Source of the DNA: Minutocellus sp. GHC0000111
Taxonomy: Eukaryota
Direction: 5' to 3'
NCBI GenBank assembly: GCA_977018835.1
Contig: OZ361256.1
Span: 3,782,001-3,846,000, forward strand
DNA: 64,000 bases
In this document: positions 36,439-48,430 of the stretch, piece after piece
How positions within the stretch are numbered: the stretch's first letter is position 1
How the letters are laid out: every line of letters begins with the position of its first letter
Notes under the pieces: model-generated
Told to the model about the DNA's origin: nothing
Database searches by the model: none
Seen by the model: the letters and a program-made list of their open reading frames with translations, nothing else
Program-made: the position numbers and the translations under genes

Positions 36439-36607
36439 AAACATTTTTGTACATGTAAAACGTACCATGGTGCATGTACGTCAGTGTGCAAATGCAGATC
36501 TAGTCTAGAGATCTACTGGCACCGGTTGGTACATGTAATATATATAGATCTAAATAAATCTCTCTACTAGATCTAGCTAGATCTAGATCTACGTACCGGT
36601 AGTCAAG

Positions 36608-37384
36608 CTACAAGTGGTCGATCTTCTCGTTAGCGTTGTCGTCCTTTCGAGATATGTGACGAAGCAATTCGTATGCTGAGCTGAGGATCGTGCCCCACAT
36701 CCCCATGTGAATTATTCTGGCTCCGGTCCCTTTGAAAAATCCTTTGTAACCAGATGAAATCTTCAATTCTCTTGCAACCGATGCATACGAAGGTTTGTTG
36801 CTGCTGCTTTTGCTCTGTGTGCGTGAATGGTGTTGCAATGTGTTTTCCATTTGCAATTGCACTCTCGTTTTGACCGTGTCCAATGGTTGCGTGAGGCTTG
36901 CAGCAACTGTAGCAGCACTGATCCCGGCCACAACCTGAACAACACCCTTGCGTGCAAGGTAAGCAAAGCTTCCCTCCGTTTCTGCTCCTTCTAGTACCTC
37001 TGTCACCTCTGACCTCGATCGGCTATACTGTTCCATTTTTGCCTGACATCCCGAATAGACGGCCCACCACAATGTCCCTGTTGGCATTGAACTAAATATG
37101 GAAAGGCCGAAACCGCGAAAGAGGCCTGCAATTCCTTCTCTTTGTACAATGGACCTTGCGACCGAAATGGCGCTGCCATCTCGTGCATATGCCGCTGGTT
37201 CCATAACCATTTGTCTCTGAGATATTACATCCATTGGCACTACCAAACACTGCGCGGCAACGGCAGCTATTCCTCCTGCCAGTCCTGAACTAAAAGTCGC
37301 AACGAGGGGGAGCCACGTATGCGCCTCTTCGGGTCCAAACGATGCGTGCGTTGTCATTCCATTCAATACCCTGTGGCTAATGCC
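36608..37384 (-). CDS. Mitochondrial carrier family protein, SLC25A44-like (5' part lost in the gap)
   Basis: Carrier signatures PMDVISQR and PLDTVKTR, plus GLFRGFG..LWWAVY and GFFKG. Confidence 0.88.
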   Translation of the reverse strand, partial: GISHRVLNGMTTHASFGPEEAHTWLPLVATFSSGLAGGIAAVAAQCLVVPMDVISQRQMVMEPAAYARDGSAISVARSIVQREGIAGLFRGFGLSIFSSMPTGTLWWAVYSGCQAKMEQYSRSRSEVTEVLEGAETEGSFAYLARKGVVQVVAGISAATVAASLTQPLDTVKTRVQLQMENTLQHHSRTQSKSSSNKPSYASVARELKISSGYKGFFKGTGARIIHMGMWGTILSSAYELLRHISRKDDNANEKIDHL

Positions 37385-37584
37385 NNNNNNNNNNNNNNNN
37401 NNNNNNNNNNNNNNNNNNNNNNNNNNNNNNNNNNNNNNNNNNNNNNNNNNNNNNNNNNNNNNNNNNNNNNNNNNNNNNNNNNNNNNNNNNNNNNNNNNNN
37501 NNNNNNNNNNNNNNNNNNNNNNNNNNNNNNNNNNNNNNNNNNNNNNNNNNNNNNNNNNNNNNNNNNNNNNNNNNNNNNNNNNNN
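37385..37584. other. Assembly gap (200 N)
   Basis: Run of N. Confidence 1.
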
Positions 37585-38083
<499 letters not shown>

Positions 38084-38340
38084 TTTTTGGAAAGCAGGCA
38101 GGCGATACATTACCGGTAGATCTAATGGTGTTGATGTTGTTGTCGTGTGTGTAGAAATTTCTATATATACATGTGTAATACCGGTATCGGTACCGTAACG
38201 CGAAAAGATTCATTACTGTATGATGATATAGGTACAATTCAATTCGTTAGTTGTTATTGATACACTCTCTACACATGTGTAGCTACTAGCTACGTACCGG
38301 TACACTGTAGATCTAGATCTAGCTACGTAGCTACATGTAT

Positions 38341-38435
38341 AACAATTTTCTACATAGACGTTTTATCATGTTGACATGCTCAGGCGTTGGAAAGTGGAGA
38401 AAGTAGGTTAGAACAAGCAAAACCAGCCGCAAATT
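38341..38435 (+). repeat. Dispersed repeat, copy B
   Basis: ACAATTTTCTACATAGACGTTTTAT...GACAT..TCAGGCG...AGAAAGTAG...CCGCAAAT. Confidence 0.8.
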
Positions 38436-38753
38436 GTAGAGCAAACAAAAAACCTCGCTTGTCGGTCGGTCGGCTGGCGCCGAGAGAAAACGTACGTACG
38501 CAGTTCGCAAATTTAAAGGCCTCGTACGTACGTAGAGCGGATTCTCGCCCGATTTACTCGACTGAGCAAAAAACTAACCGTTTTTCTCTGTCGCATCGAC
38601 CCGTTCTGACTTCCATCACGGAAATGCCCTTGCGTTTCTCTCTCTTCACAAACCGTAACCGAAGCCATCGATTCAAATCAAACGATCGAGCATTTCAAAC
38701 TTTTTGTCCAATCCTCCAATCCCATCCCCTCATCAGACGAGCACCAATCAATC

Positions 38754-40187
38754 ATGTCCGGCCAGGAGCAGCAGCAGAACCAGGAGCAGCAGCAGCCGCC
38801 TCAGCCTCCTCTCTTCATGCCCCAGATGGCAGCCTTTGCCAGCATGTTCCCAGGAGGCGTAGGCATGCCCACTTTCGGCAACTTTATGGCCGGTGGTGTT
38901 CAGCGTCCTCACGGCGACAACACCGACGAGATGATTTCGACCATCGAGAGCAACATGTACCGGGACAACTCCAAGATGACCGAAGCGGATGTCGACGGTG
39001 AGTTAGTCCGACAGCACGCACGGAATGATCTCGATGGAACTGGCTACATATTTCGCACTTATTGTCCCAATGATGCATGACATGTTTTGTGCCGTATCCA
39101 CTTCGCTCCCGCCGTATTCATGCCGCACTGACCGACGGGCAGCTGACGGGGTTGGGGACACTTCTGCGGGCAGCGATGGCAAGCGATATGATTGTCGCTT
39201 CATGATCTATCTTCACTCACATCTTCCCTTCTTTTATTTTTGTGGCCGCGTTTTGAATTCAGGAGAGCTTCGCAACAAGCGTGTGTCATCTCGCAAGGAG
39301 CCGACCTTCCCCATGAAGCTCCATCAAATGCTTTCCGATCCCGACGCCGAGGGCGTCATTGTCTGGCTTCCCCACGGTCGGGCCTGGAAGCTTGTCAAGG
39401 CCGACCAGTTCGAGAGAGTTCTCCTCCCTCGGTACTTCGATCATGGCAATATCTCCTCCTTCATGAGGCAGGTGAATGGATGGGACTTCCGTCGTATCGT
39501 CAAGGGAGTTGACGAGCAGAGCTACTATCACGAGGTAAGCATTCAACTTGACAGACACTTGATTCTTATGTGGCATCATCTTCGTATAGACTTGAATCTC
39601 ATCGCTCCTTTCCTCGCGCTTGATGTTCAAACCTCCATCCAAACTGTCGCCTGTGTCCAACCCCAAAATAGCTCTTCCTTCGTGGTATGCCCCATCTTTG
39701 CAAGATGATGACCCGTACCAAGAAGAGCAAGAAGAAGAGTGCAATTTGCTCTCCCAAGATGCTCTCCATCACGCCCGACTTCTACCGCATGGATGTCCTC
39801 CCTGGATGCGAAGGATTCGTTCCCCCTCCTGCTGCCGACGATGGAAAAAAGGACAGCGACGAGGATGCCGCCGCCAAGAAGGGCGAAGAGGAGGACTCGT
39901 CCAAGCCGGCCGCTGCCACCGCTGTTCCTAGCATTGCGGGCATGCCTGGGGGCATGCCTGGCTTCATGCCTGGGATGCCAACGGCCGCCCAGATGACCTT
40001 CTTCAATAGTATGATGATGGGAGCCAACCCTAACTTTTTCCCCCAGCTCAGTGGAGGCATGCCTCCCCTCCCCGCGGCCGCGGCCGCTCCTGCCGATGGA
40101 GCGACAGATGGTGATGATGCTGCCGCTGCTGCTTCACCGGCAGGCGAAGAGGAGGCCGCCGAGGAAACCGCCGATGTCTCTGTCTAA
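38754..40187 (+). CDS. Heat shock transcription factor (HSF-type DNA-binding domain)
   Basis: FPMKLHQML, WLPHGRAWK and SSFMRQVNGWDFRR...YYHE|LFLRGMPHLC. Introns ~38998-39262 and 39535-39671. Confidence 0.92.
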
Positions 40188-40507
40188 TGCATGCAGTGAT
40201 CGATACTTACTGGTAGACATTATGTATGACGACATGACACAACGGCCATTGGAGTTGATCTAGGAGTCCTAGAGACCACTTTGCTTGCTTCTCGCCTGCC
40301 TGCTAAATTAAAGTAGCAACCTTGCCGACCTCTAGAGATCTACGTACATGTAACATTTGTTTAATAGGAATTCTTAGACTAGTGTAAAAACAATGAAGTA
40401 GATCTAGTCAGCTTCACGATCATCCTTACCGGTACAAAATATTTTTTATATCTTATGATCTTATGACCATCACCGCTGCTACATGTACATGTACGTAGTA
40501 CATGTAT

Positions 40508-40595
40508 GACAATTTTCTACATAGACGTTTATAGGATCGACATAATCAGGCGATGAGAAGCGAAGAAAGTAGAATCAACAAAGCCAACCGCAAAT
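40508..40595 (+). repeat. Dispersed repeat, copy C
   Basis: GACAATTTTCTACATAGACGTTTATAGGATCGACATAATCAGGCGATGAGAAGCGAAGAAAGTAG...CCGCAAAT. Confidence 0.8.
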
Positions 40596-40607
40596 AATTT
40601 TCTCATA

Positions 40608-41191
40608 CAGTCCGTGCACATCTATAAGGATATTACATATCTTGATTTGAGACCTCAAATTTTCGCCGTTGATAAGGATAGTCAGACCTCAGCTTTGCCA
40701 ATATCCTTGTTTTTCTCTCATGGCAGGCCCTCAGACGCATCACCAACAAGTTGAAATCCTCGGTCGACGGTCATACAACTCTCGGCATACTCAGTACAGG
40801 CGATGCCCGGAGAAAATGCTTGGACCATGCCCATCATCTTAGGGGTGTTGGAGATGACAACGCCAGGACCGAAGATACCTCGGGTGCATTGGATTCTTCT
40901 GCGGATCTATGTGTGTACCGGTACCTCGGCTTCAGATGCTGACAGGCAATGGCGATTGATTCTCCACACGCTGACGACACTAGCAATGGTGCTACCCAGC
41001 CAACAGTGCCGCGAATGCCGAGTCAGCTAGCTTCGTAGTTACTCTCCTTAGACCTATTTTTCTACATGGTGTTGGCACGCCCTAAAAAGAACATCCTCAG
41101 TTGAGACCTCAGACTTTGCTTCGTGATACATGAAAGGATTTTCAGACCTCAGGTCCCAAATGGACATGCTTATATAGATGTGCACGGACTG
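40608..41191. mobile_element. Non-autonomous Tc1/mariner-type element (MITE), 584 bp
   Basis: Perfect 19-bp TIR CAGTCCGTGCACATCTATA / TATAGATGTGCACGGACTG. Left flank is TA and right flank is CA (probably a mutated TA). The subterminal motif AGACCTCA occurs four times. Confidence 0.85.
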
Positions 41192-41974
41192 CATGAGTAC
41201 CGGTATACACGTACATGTACATGTAATTAGATATTACAAATCATCAAAGAATGTCACTTGTAGGCGAGTTAGGTGATCGTTGGAACGAATCCCAACGGTC
41301 AAGCAATCCCAGCGAACTACCAACGACGAACAGACCATCCTGCTGGGAGCAAAGCAGCTCACCCAAGCAGGCCCACTATCCCAGCTGACCCATCGATGTA
41401 ATAGATTACCGCCAAGCAAGCAAACAGAGTACAACTCGACCGCTGCCACCCAATTGATAACGCCTGTAGGCACCAATTGGAGATCTTCGCCCGTTAGGGG
41501 AGGTCTCACGCGTGCGCCGCAGAGGTACTGGTGGCCGCTACCCCGATCTCGTACATGTAACCTAGTCATCAATAAACCAACTCCTATGCTATCCAACTAA
41601 CTCGAGGTCGTATTGAACAGCCCACCAAGGTACAGGAATCATGCACTGATGCACTGCTCCAAAACAACCCAGGGTTGTGATGCACAGCGGCTGTAGGACT
41701 CCTGCACCTTTCCGGATCCTTTCTGGCTGGAGAAATTCCTCTCATCAGTGCTGTGGAAATTCAAGGATCAGGGATCTGACTCTCGAACAAACCTATGGAA
41801 CCGGGTTTTGTGCTTGCAACCTTTATGTATCTCAAGATTCTGGTTGAGCACATTTTGGATGTTGGATTTGCGATGCTTGAAGATGAACCATCTACATGCA
41901 CCGGTAGGAATTCCTAGACTAGAGTGATTTCACGAGAGAGAGCCGACACCCCGTCCGCGAAGTTTCGTAAACAT

Positions 41975-42055
41975 TGTATCAAACTAACTTGACTGCAGAT
42001 TATTACTTAGGTAGGTGTTGTAGACAATGTTCAATAGTCAAGTTAGTTTGATACA
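41975..42055. repeat. Perfect 20-bp inverted repeat with 41-bp spacer
   Basis: TGTATCAAACTAACTTGACT (41975-41994) / AGTCAAGTTAGTTTGATACA (42036-42055). Confidence 0.9.
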
Positions 42056-42230
42056 TCTATCTCGGTGCTCATTTATTTTAGCACATCTTGTAGATACGGA
42101 AAAGAGTGTTTGTATTGGCATTGACTTTTTGTTCGAAAATTTAATTTTTGTGGGCTATTACAATTTCTAAATTAATTGTGCTGCTTCACTCAGAGAAAGC
42201 AGCAGCAGCAGCAGCAGCATGATGAGCATC

Positions 42231-45200
42231 TCATTTCGAGCACAGCTCTGCGGCCTCGGTATCCTTGATACTTAGTTGCTTGACACGTTTCGTTCGACCG
42301 CCGTTCAGCCCCTGACTTTTGCTTCTTGATGGGCATTTGGCAGAGGAGTTGGGCGAGACATCCGTGCATGTGTTGGAAGATGATGCCGTGGAGAGTCTAC
42401 GTGATGATGTATTTGAGAGTCTGCGCAACGACGCAATAGAGCTGACATTAGTCAAAGAAGTCCGTCTTCGCATGCGAGACTGCTCGTTCACCCAGTACGT
42501 TCTCATATCACCCTTGCCCTTTATTGACACGAGGCCGCGACACACCATTGGCATTTCCGGATGCTGCCGGTGCAGTAATTTGGCAGACTTTTCTGAGCAA
42601 TGGATGCGTCCAGGCTTGGAATTGGATTCCATCCTCGAGGCAGTGTTGACCGTATCACCAAACAAACAATATCTGGGGTTGACCCTTCCCACGACATTCG
42701 CCACGACGCTTCCGCTGTGAAATCCGGCTCTGATCTTTATGAATCCCATGGATGGATCACAGGTGTCGATGAGCGTCTCGCTCGCAGCCCGGATTGTATC
42801 AACGGCGAAATTAGCTATCCGCAACACATGGTCTGGCTGATCTTTTACGAGATTTGTCACGGCCACTTAATGATTTGTACATACATATATGCAAAGTACA
42901 ATAGGAAGGAAAACATGCGATGAGTTTTGGACTGAATAGAAAATAGCTATAGTCGCTGCGAGAAAAAAGCAATTGAATATCAGACCACAATGTTTCAATG
43001 GAACTTACTGTACGAATCACCAATGGTCTCGACCTTGAAGACACCATGTCGACGAGACAATTCATCGAATTTCGAGTACAGTCTGTCGAGCATGTCCGAT
43101 ATTTTCAAAGGGGACAGCTTACTAGATATTTCCGTAAAGCCAACAACATCGGAGAAGAATATTGTTACGCAATCTCTGTACTCTGGTTCGACTTTCCTTC
43201 CATCTCTCAAGCTCTGTGCTATTTTCGGAGGGAAAACAGCATGCAGGACTCTACGATCTTTTCTTGTTTGTAATGAAAGATTTGTTTCCTCAGGTTCAAC
43301 CATCTCATAATCGAGATCTCTCAGACGTTGGTCGATGTCCCCAAATGTCGGCCGTTCCTCTGGCAAACCTTGGAGGCACTCGTCCATCAATGCCTTCATT
43401 GGATGGGGGATGGCCGCTGGCACTTGTGGTCGTTTGTTTACCTTCGGATCAGCAACTTGTTTCAATACTTCTTGGTAGTCTTCTCCTTCATATGGATCCT
43501 TCCTGCTGTAGACTTCGAACAAAATTATGCCGAAACTGTAGACATCAGATGCAGCTGTGTTCCCGCCTTGTCCTCTCAGAAGTTCGGGTGCCATCCAGTA
43601 TGGCGTTCCCGTGCCCTTACCAACCTGCTCTTCTGCGTCAGGCCAAAATCCGCTACCTTTGCACGAAAACGCCCGTCAACAAGAATGTTACCGCATTTGA
43701 GATCGCCTGTGCGCAAAAGTGAGACAGAGATGGATGGACCATTGGTTTAGTTCTTGTGTGTGCGCAATAAGGTATTGCCACGAACATGATGCATCAAACT
43801 AAATACATACCGTGAATAACCTGGGGCAACGCTGCATGAAGAAATCGCACGCCCTGGGCAATATCACAGAGGATCGGTAGGAGCAGTTCGCCCTCCATGA
43901 CTACGGTGTCGTTGTGTAACAAGTCATACAGCGACCCGCGATCCATATATTCCATCACTAGCGCTGGTTCGACCCCATCCTCAATGACAGCGCCCATTAC
44001 CTTTGGTGGGAAGAGGGTTTAAAACGAAGTTGAAGAAGAAGAAAAAGTCATACCATGGTAAACGAAAAGCCAAATTATCATGAGGTATTGTTTGAGTGAA
44101 GAATAAGAACACAAAAAGAAGAAAACTCTCGCCCCAAACGCCAAGTATCACTCACGGTTGTGATACAGGGATGGCGGAGTTTACTCAGTATGCGCATCTC
44201 TCGGATAAAATCACGTCTCAAGCGAATGCGCATGGTTTCACTGCAAGCCATGCTCCTTGGCGCAGGAGTCGTTGGGGCCTCGTAAAATCCAGAGAGTAAC
44301 CCGGCTCTGCTAGTGCTGCTGGTTTTGCGGCTCAGTTGTGATATCGGAATGGATCTGGTAGATGAAGAACTCATTCCCATCTCAATGTCATTGTCAACGC
44401 CACTCGCCTCTTCATTTGACGAGAATGTAGACAAGTGCGACTCATTGAAAGCCGAATCAAGTTCCTCTGCACCTACGACATGGCCGGTCGACCCTTGTCT
44501 GTGAATGGTGGCTCTCAAAACGCTCGAATCCTGACTACTTTCCTCTCTGTCCTGCTTGGGTGGGATCACCCTTTTAACAGCAACGGGAGACCCTCGATAT
44601 TCTGCAAGGACGACAACGCCGAAGGTTCCACGCCCGAGAATCTCCGGTTCTGGGGGAAATTTAAGTTCCGATGGATGAACTCTCCATACAGCGTCAGACT
44701 CGCGACGTTTTCTCTTGTATATTAAGTAACCGACGACGCTCATCATTAAAAAGACGAAGAGGGGCACAAAGATCATTGGGAACAGCACCTTGGCCGTCTT
44801 TTGCCCACTACTTGAAGAAGACCGGGCAACGACGTCAACGTAAATGGCTCCCATTTCTGCAAGGTACCCCATCGGGGCTGACGTGAAGGCTGTGTCACAA
44901 GATGTTATGAGATTGTCCACGACGAACGTTCCTGTCTGAACGACTGTGCTTGGATCCACTATTGAGACTGAAACTTGCACGACCGTGTCCGAGTCGTAAA
45001 GGACAACTCGACGTGGAGAGATGACAACATCGAATTCATTTGCGTTGCGAACTCGGGGATCGACCCACACCGCGCCGCGTAATGGGTCTGATCCCAATTT
45101 GACACTATATACAACTTGGAAGTTGTTTTGATCTGAAGCTTTCAAACCCTGGCGAGGCTTCACAACGACTTTGGCGTCATCTTCCGCGTGCCTTGTTCGT

Positions 45201-47824
45201 GGAGGTCTTCCACTTGTCCAGCCAGGCATAGTGCCCGCTTCGTTACTATAATCGTCAGGGTCACAACATATTTCCTCGCTTTCTGTTCCATTATTTGTAA
45301 GCAAATAGCATCTATGTTCGCTTTCCTTCCACCTCGCGTCATATGAAAAATATCGGCAATCACTGCTAATGGCACAGTATTCGGCAAAAAGCTCAGGCGA
45401 AGCCGCTGCTTCCGACATGAACGAAGATGACGGCTTAATTTCTCGTAAAGGATTTGCACCGACATACTGTACGAAGGGTTCATAAGTTGAATCGATGCCA
45501 GGAGTGAAATACTCGAGCTCGCAGAAATAGAGATTTCCATGAGCTGTGACATTGCCATGCCCATTGGGACTACAGCAGACGTCACCAAAAGAGCTCGACT
45601 TCTGAGTGATAACATTGAGAGGTCCATCGTCACTGACATCTTCTTGGTCGCCTTCCCATTCAACTGTGGCTGAGATACCCTCCAACGCCCTTGGAGAAAT
45701 GAATTGGACCGACTTAGGTAGGTGTAACAGCTCCAATGTTTGTGCCAGCGCCTCAAAAGAATTCTCTCCAATGACCAATAAGCGAGGGTTGCGTGTCAGG
45801 TCAAGAATCCGGGGCTTCCACGGCTGGCTGAATGTTTTTGGGACTATAGCGAGATCTCTTCCGCTACAGTCAACCATGCCTCGCAATTCGTCACAGGAAC
45901 ATATGGCGCAGAAATCGCCCCTCTTTATCGAATCATCCATCCAGTAGCTTGCCGTTCTTGATCTGAGAAATGCAGTATTCGCAAGTTGTATTGAAGCAGG
46001 ATCAGCATTCGCCTCGAGTCCAGAAGAAAGGAAGCAATCTCTACCAGTGTCATGGGCGAACAGACATTTTTCGTCTTGCAAACATAAGTCACAACATCGA
46101 GAACCAACAAATTCAATCTTCTTGAAAACTGAGGACACGGTCGAAAGTAGAAGGTCGGGCTCAAGAATACAACTGGCTTCGGGAAGCTCGTCAAGAGGTT
46201 GAATACTCGCACCAGAGGTGAAGGAGAGTACGACGGAAAGATTGCTAAGGGCTACAATGCCCGACACCAAAGTCCCCACGCCCCCAGCTGAGTCACTATT
46301 GATTTCAAGCCGAAATCCTCGGATTGCATCTGCATCCAAGCGATCATTTCCTACAACGCCAGTCCAGCCCGTGCGGTAGAATGGACTCTGAGCATCTGAA
46401 GTTCCTACCAACGGGATCGTGGTGGTCCCTCGCTCGCCCACTGCACCATCAAGGATGTAGTGAAATGAATAGTAGTTCTCCAAGGCTTGTCCCGGATAAG
46501 CGTCGCATTGGCCATCCTTGCTCGTACAGTCCGATCCATCCAACAGTATGAGGCGGAAGTGAGCTCGACCTGGAACTGATGCTGGCTCGAGCACTTCGTA
46601 GTCAAGTGAGATTGCATCTGCACCTGACAGGTCGTAGAATCCCGGGGTAATGTGTGAGTAGTCGATGAAACCGCCCCAGGTTTCGCTTTGCTCGACAGTG
46701 TAATTCAAGATGAGAGTATCGGAGGCTGGCATTATTTTCGCGAAAGTTCGGTCACGAGACACGGCCGACTGGTAGTGCCGCTCGGACCAAATGCCGCTCC
46801 TAATCGCTTCGGTCAAGTTTGCTTTCGTTGCTGGACTGCGAAAGGACGATGAGATGAAAGCACTCTCGTCGCCTGGCGGACCGACACACGAGAGGCGATC
46901 AATGTCAATAACGCCAGAGCTTGTACTTTCTATGTCCCCTTGGCTATCAATCGATATCTCCATGCGCCATCCCCGTATCGCGTCAGGATCAAGCCTATCA
47001 TTGCCAACCTGACCCGTCCATCCCGGCCTTTCGAAGGCGGTCCAGGGAAGAACAAGCTCCTTCCAGGAATTTGATGACGACGATGACTCCTGATCCAGTA
47101 TGTAATTGAACGAGTACCAGCTCTCAAGGGATTGGATAGCGTCGCAATCGTCGCGCACGCTATCATCGCCATCGTTTCCAGAGTCTTTGAAATTGCTTCC
47201 ATCGAGCAGGATCAGTCTCAGATGCGCCCTTCCGACGAGACTTTGCGGCGTCACAACGCGATATCCGAGCCGTATGTGAGTGGCGTCAGCACAATTGAAC
47301 AGGCGCGACGCATATCCGAGTGCCCCCCCGGTCGAATCGTACAGGCCTTCTTCATCGCCATTCCGATCGACGAGGGTGCGGCCAAAGTCGACAAAGCCTC
47401 CCCAAGACTCGGACTGTTCTGCACCGTACTCTATGCGAAGATATTCTCTGGTACTGGGATCACTGCTACCAGTACCACTCGCATCGTCATCCAGGAGATT
47501 GCCAGGAGTCCACTTCAGGTGACCAGCTCCATTGTAGGTGCGATAGAACCACCCGTCGTCGGCACGGAAGGATCCCGTGCCGACGACCGCGAAAGCAGAG
47601 GCGGGAGGCACCTCTCCAGCCCTGCCCCAGTCCTGAAGGACAAGTTGCACTGCCGCGTCGGTTTCGGTGTTGGCGTTGGCGTCGGTTTCGGTGTCGTCGT
47701 CGCCACCACCGTTGTGTTCGGCGACGGCTGCTGCGCTGATCGAGAGGGCATCTGCAAAGGCAAACGCAAAGGCAAGAAAGGCGGCGCATGTAGCAGCCGG
47801 CGACTTGTACCGCCCCATCATCAT
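42231..47824 (-). CDS. Receptor-type protein kinase-guanylate cyclase with multidomain ectodomain
   Basis: Signal peptide and TM helix. Kinase motifs GRGTFG, VAVK, HG|DLK, DFG and APE. Cyclase motifs [18 protein letters not shown] and [18 protein letters not shown], where the E and C residues indicate GTP specificity. Three introns at ~44155-44001, ~43810-43708 and ~43008-42866. Confidence 0.93.
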
Positions 47825-48430
47825 CTATCTATGTATCTCTCTGTCTTCTTCGACCCTGCAAATCTTTCTTTCTTGATGGCGGTGCGTTTCTTTCTTTTGC
47901 CGGAATTTTGCTTTGAGTTGCTTCGATACTCGTAATGGGCTCAGCAGCAGTCAAGAGTAGGCCATAGGCTTACGTAGTATTCGGCAGGATGGGAGCTACG
48001 TAGCTCGGACGGGGACAATTTGGCGTTGGCGGCAGTCAACGCACGTGCATCCGGCACTCGGATCAAAGAAATGGTGGCGGCAATGGCCATGCGCTCTGTA
48101 CCCGACAGCCAGCCAGCGCAGCATGGCAGCACGCAGCAGCGATCTTCGACGAATTCGTCATTTTGTCAATCCTGTCTTATCTGTCCAATGCTCTGCACGG
48201 GCTATTGTCGTGGAGTCAGCAAATATGTGTATAAGCTGCCTCAATCACTGTTGATGCTCATGATGACGAAAGAGGGGGAACAGCGAGCGGCGCAGTAAGC
48301 AACGTACACGCTGTACGTACGTAGCGCGCAATGCGAGCGCCGCCAGAGCATCGCAGCAGCCAGCCAGCCAGCGCCAGCTGCTGACGAGTCAGCTGACGAA
48401 TAATGTTTAGCATGCATCCAGCCAAGAAGC

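Noticed and set aside
41230..41900. Short ORFs between the MITE and the cyclase gene
   Set aside because: No recognisable motif and stops in all frames. This may be a decayed element, but I cannot support a call.
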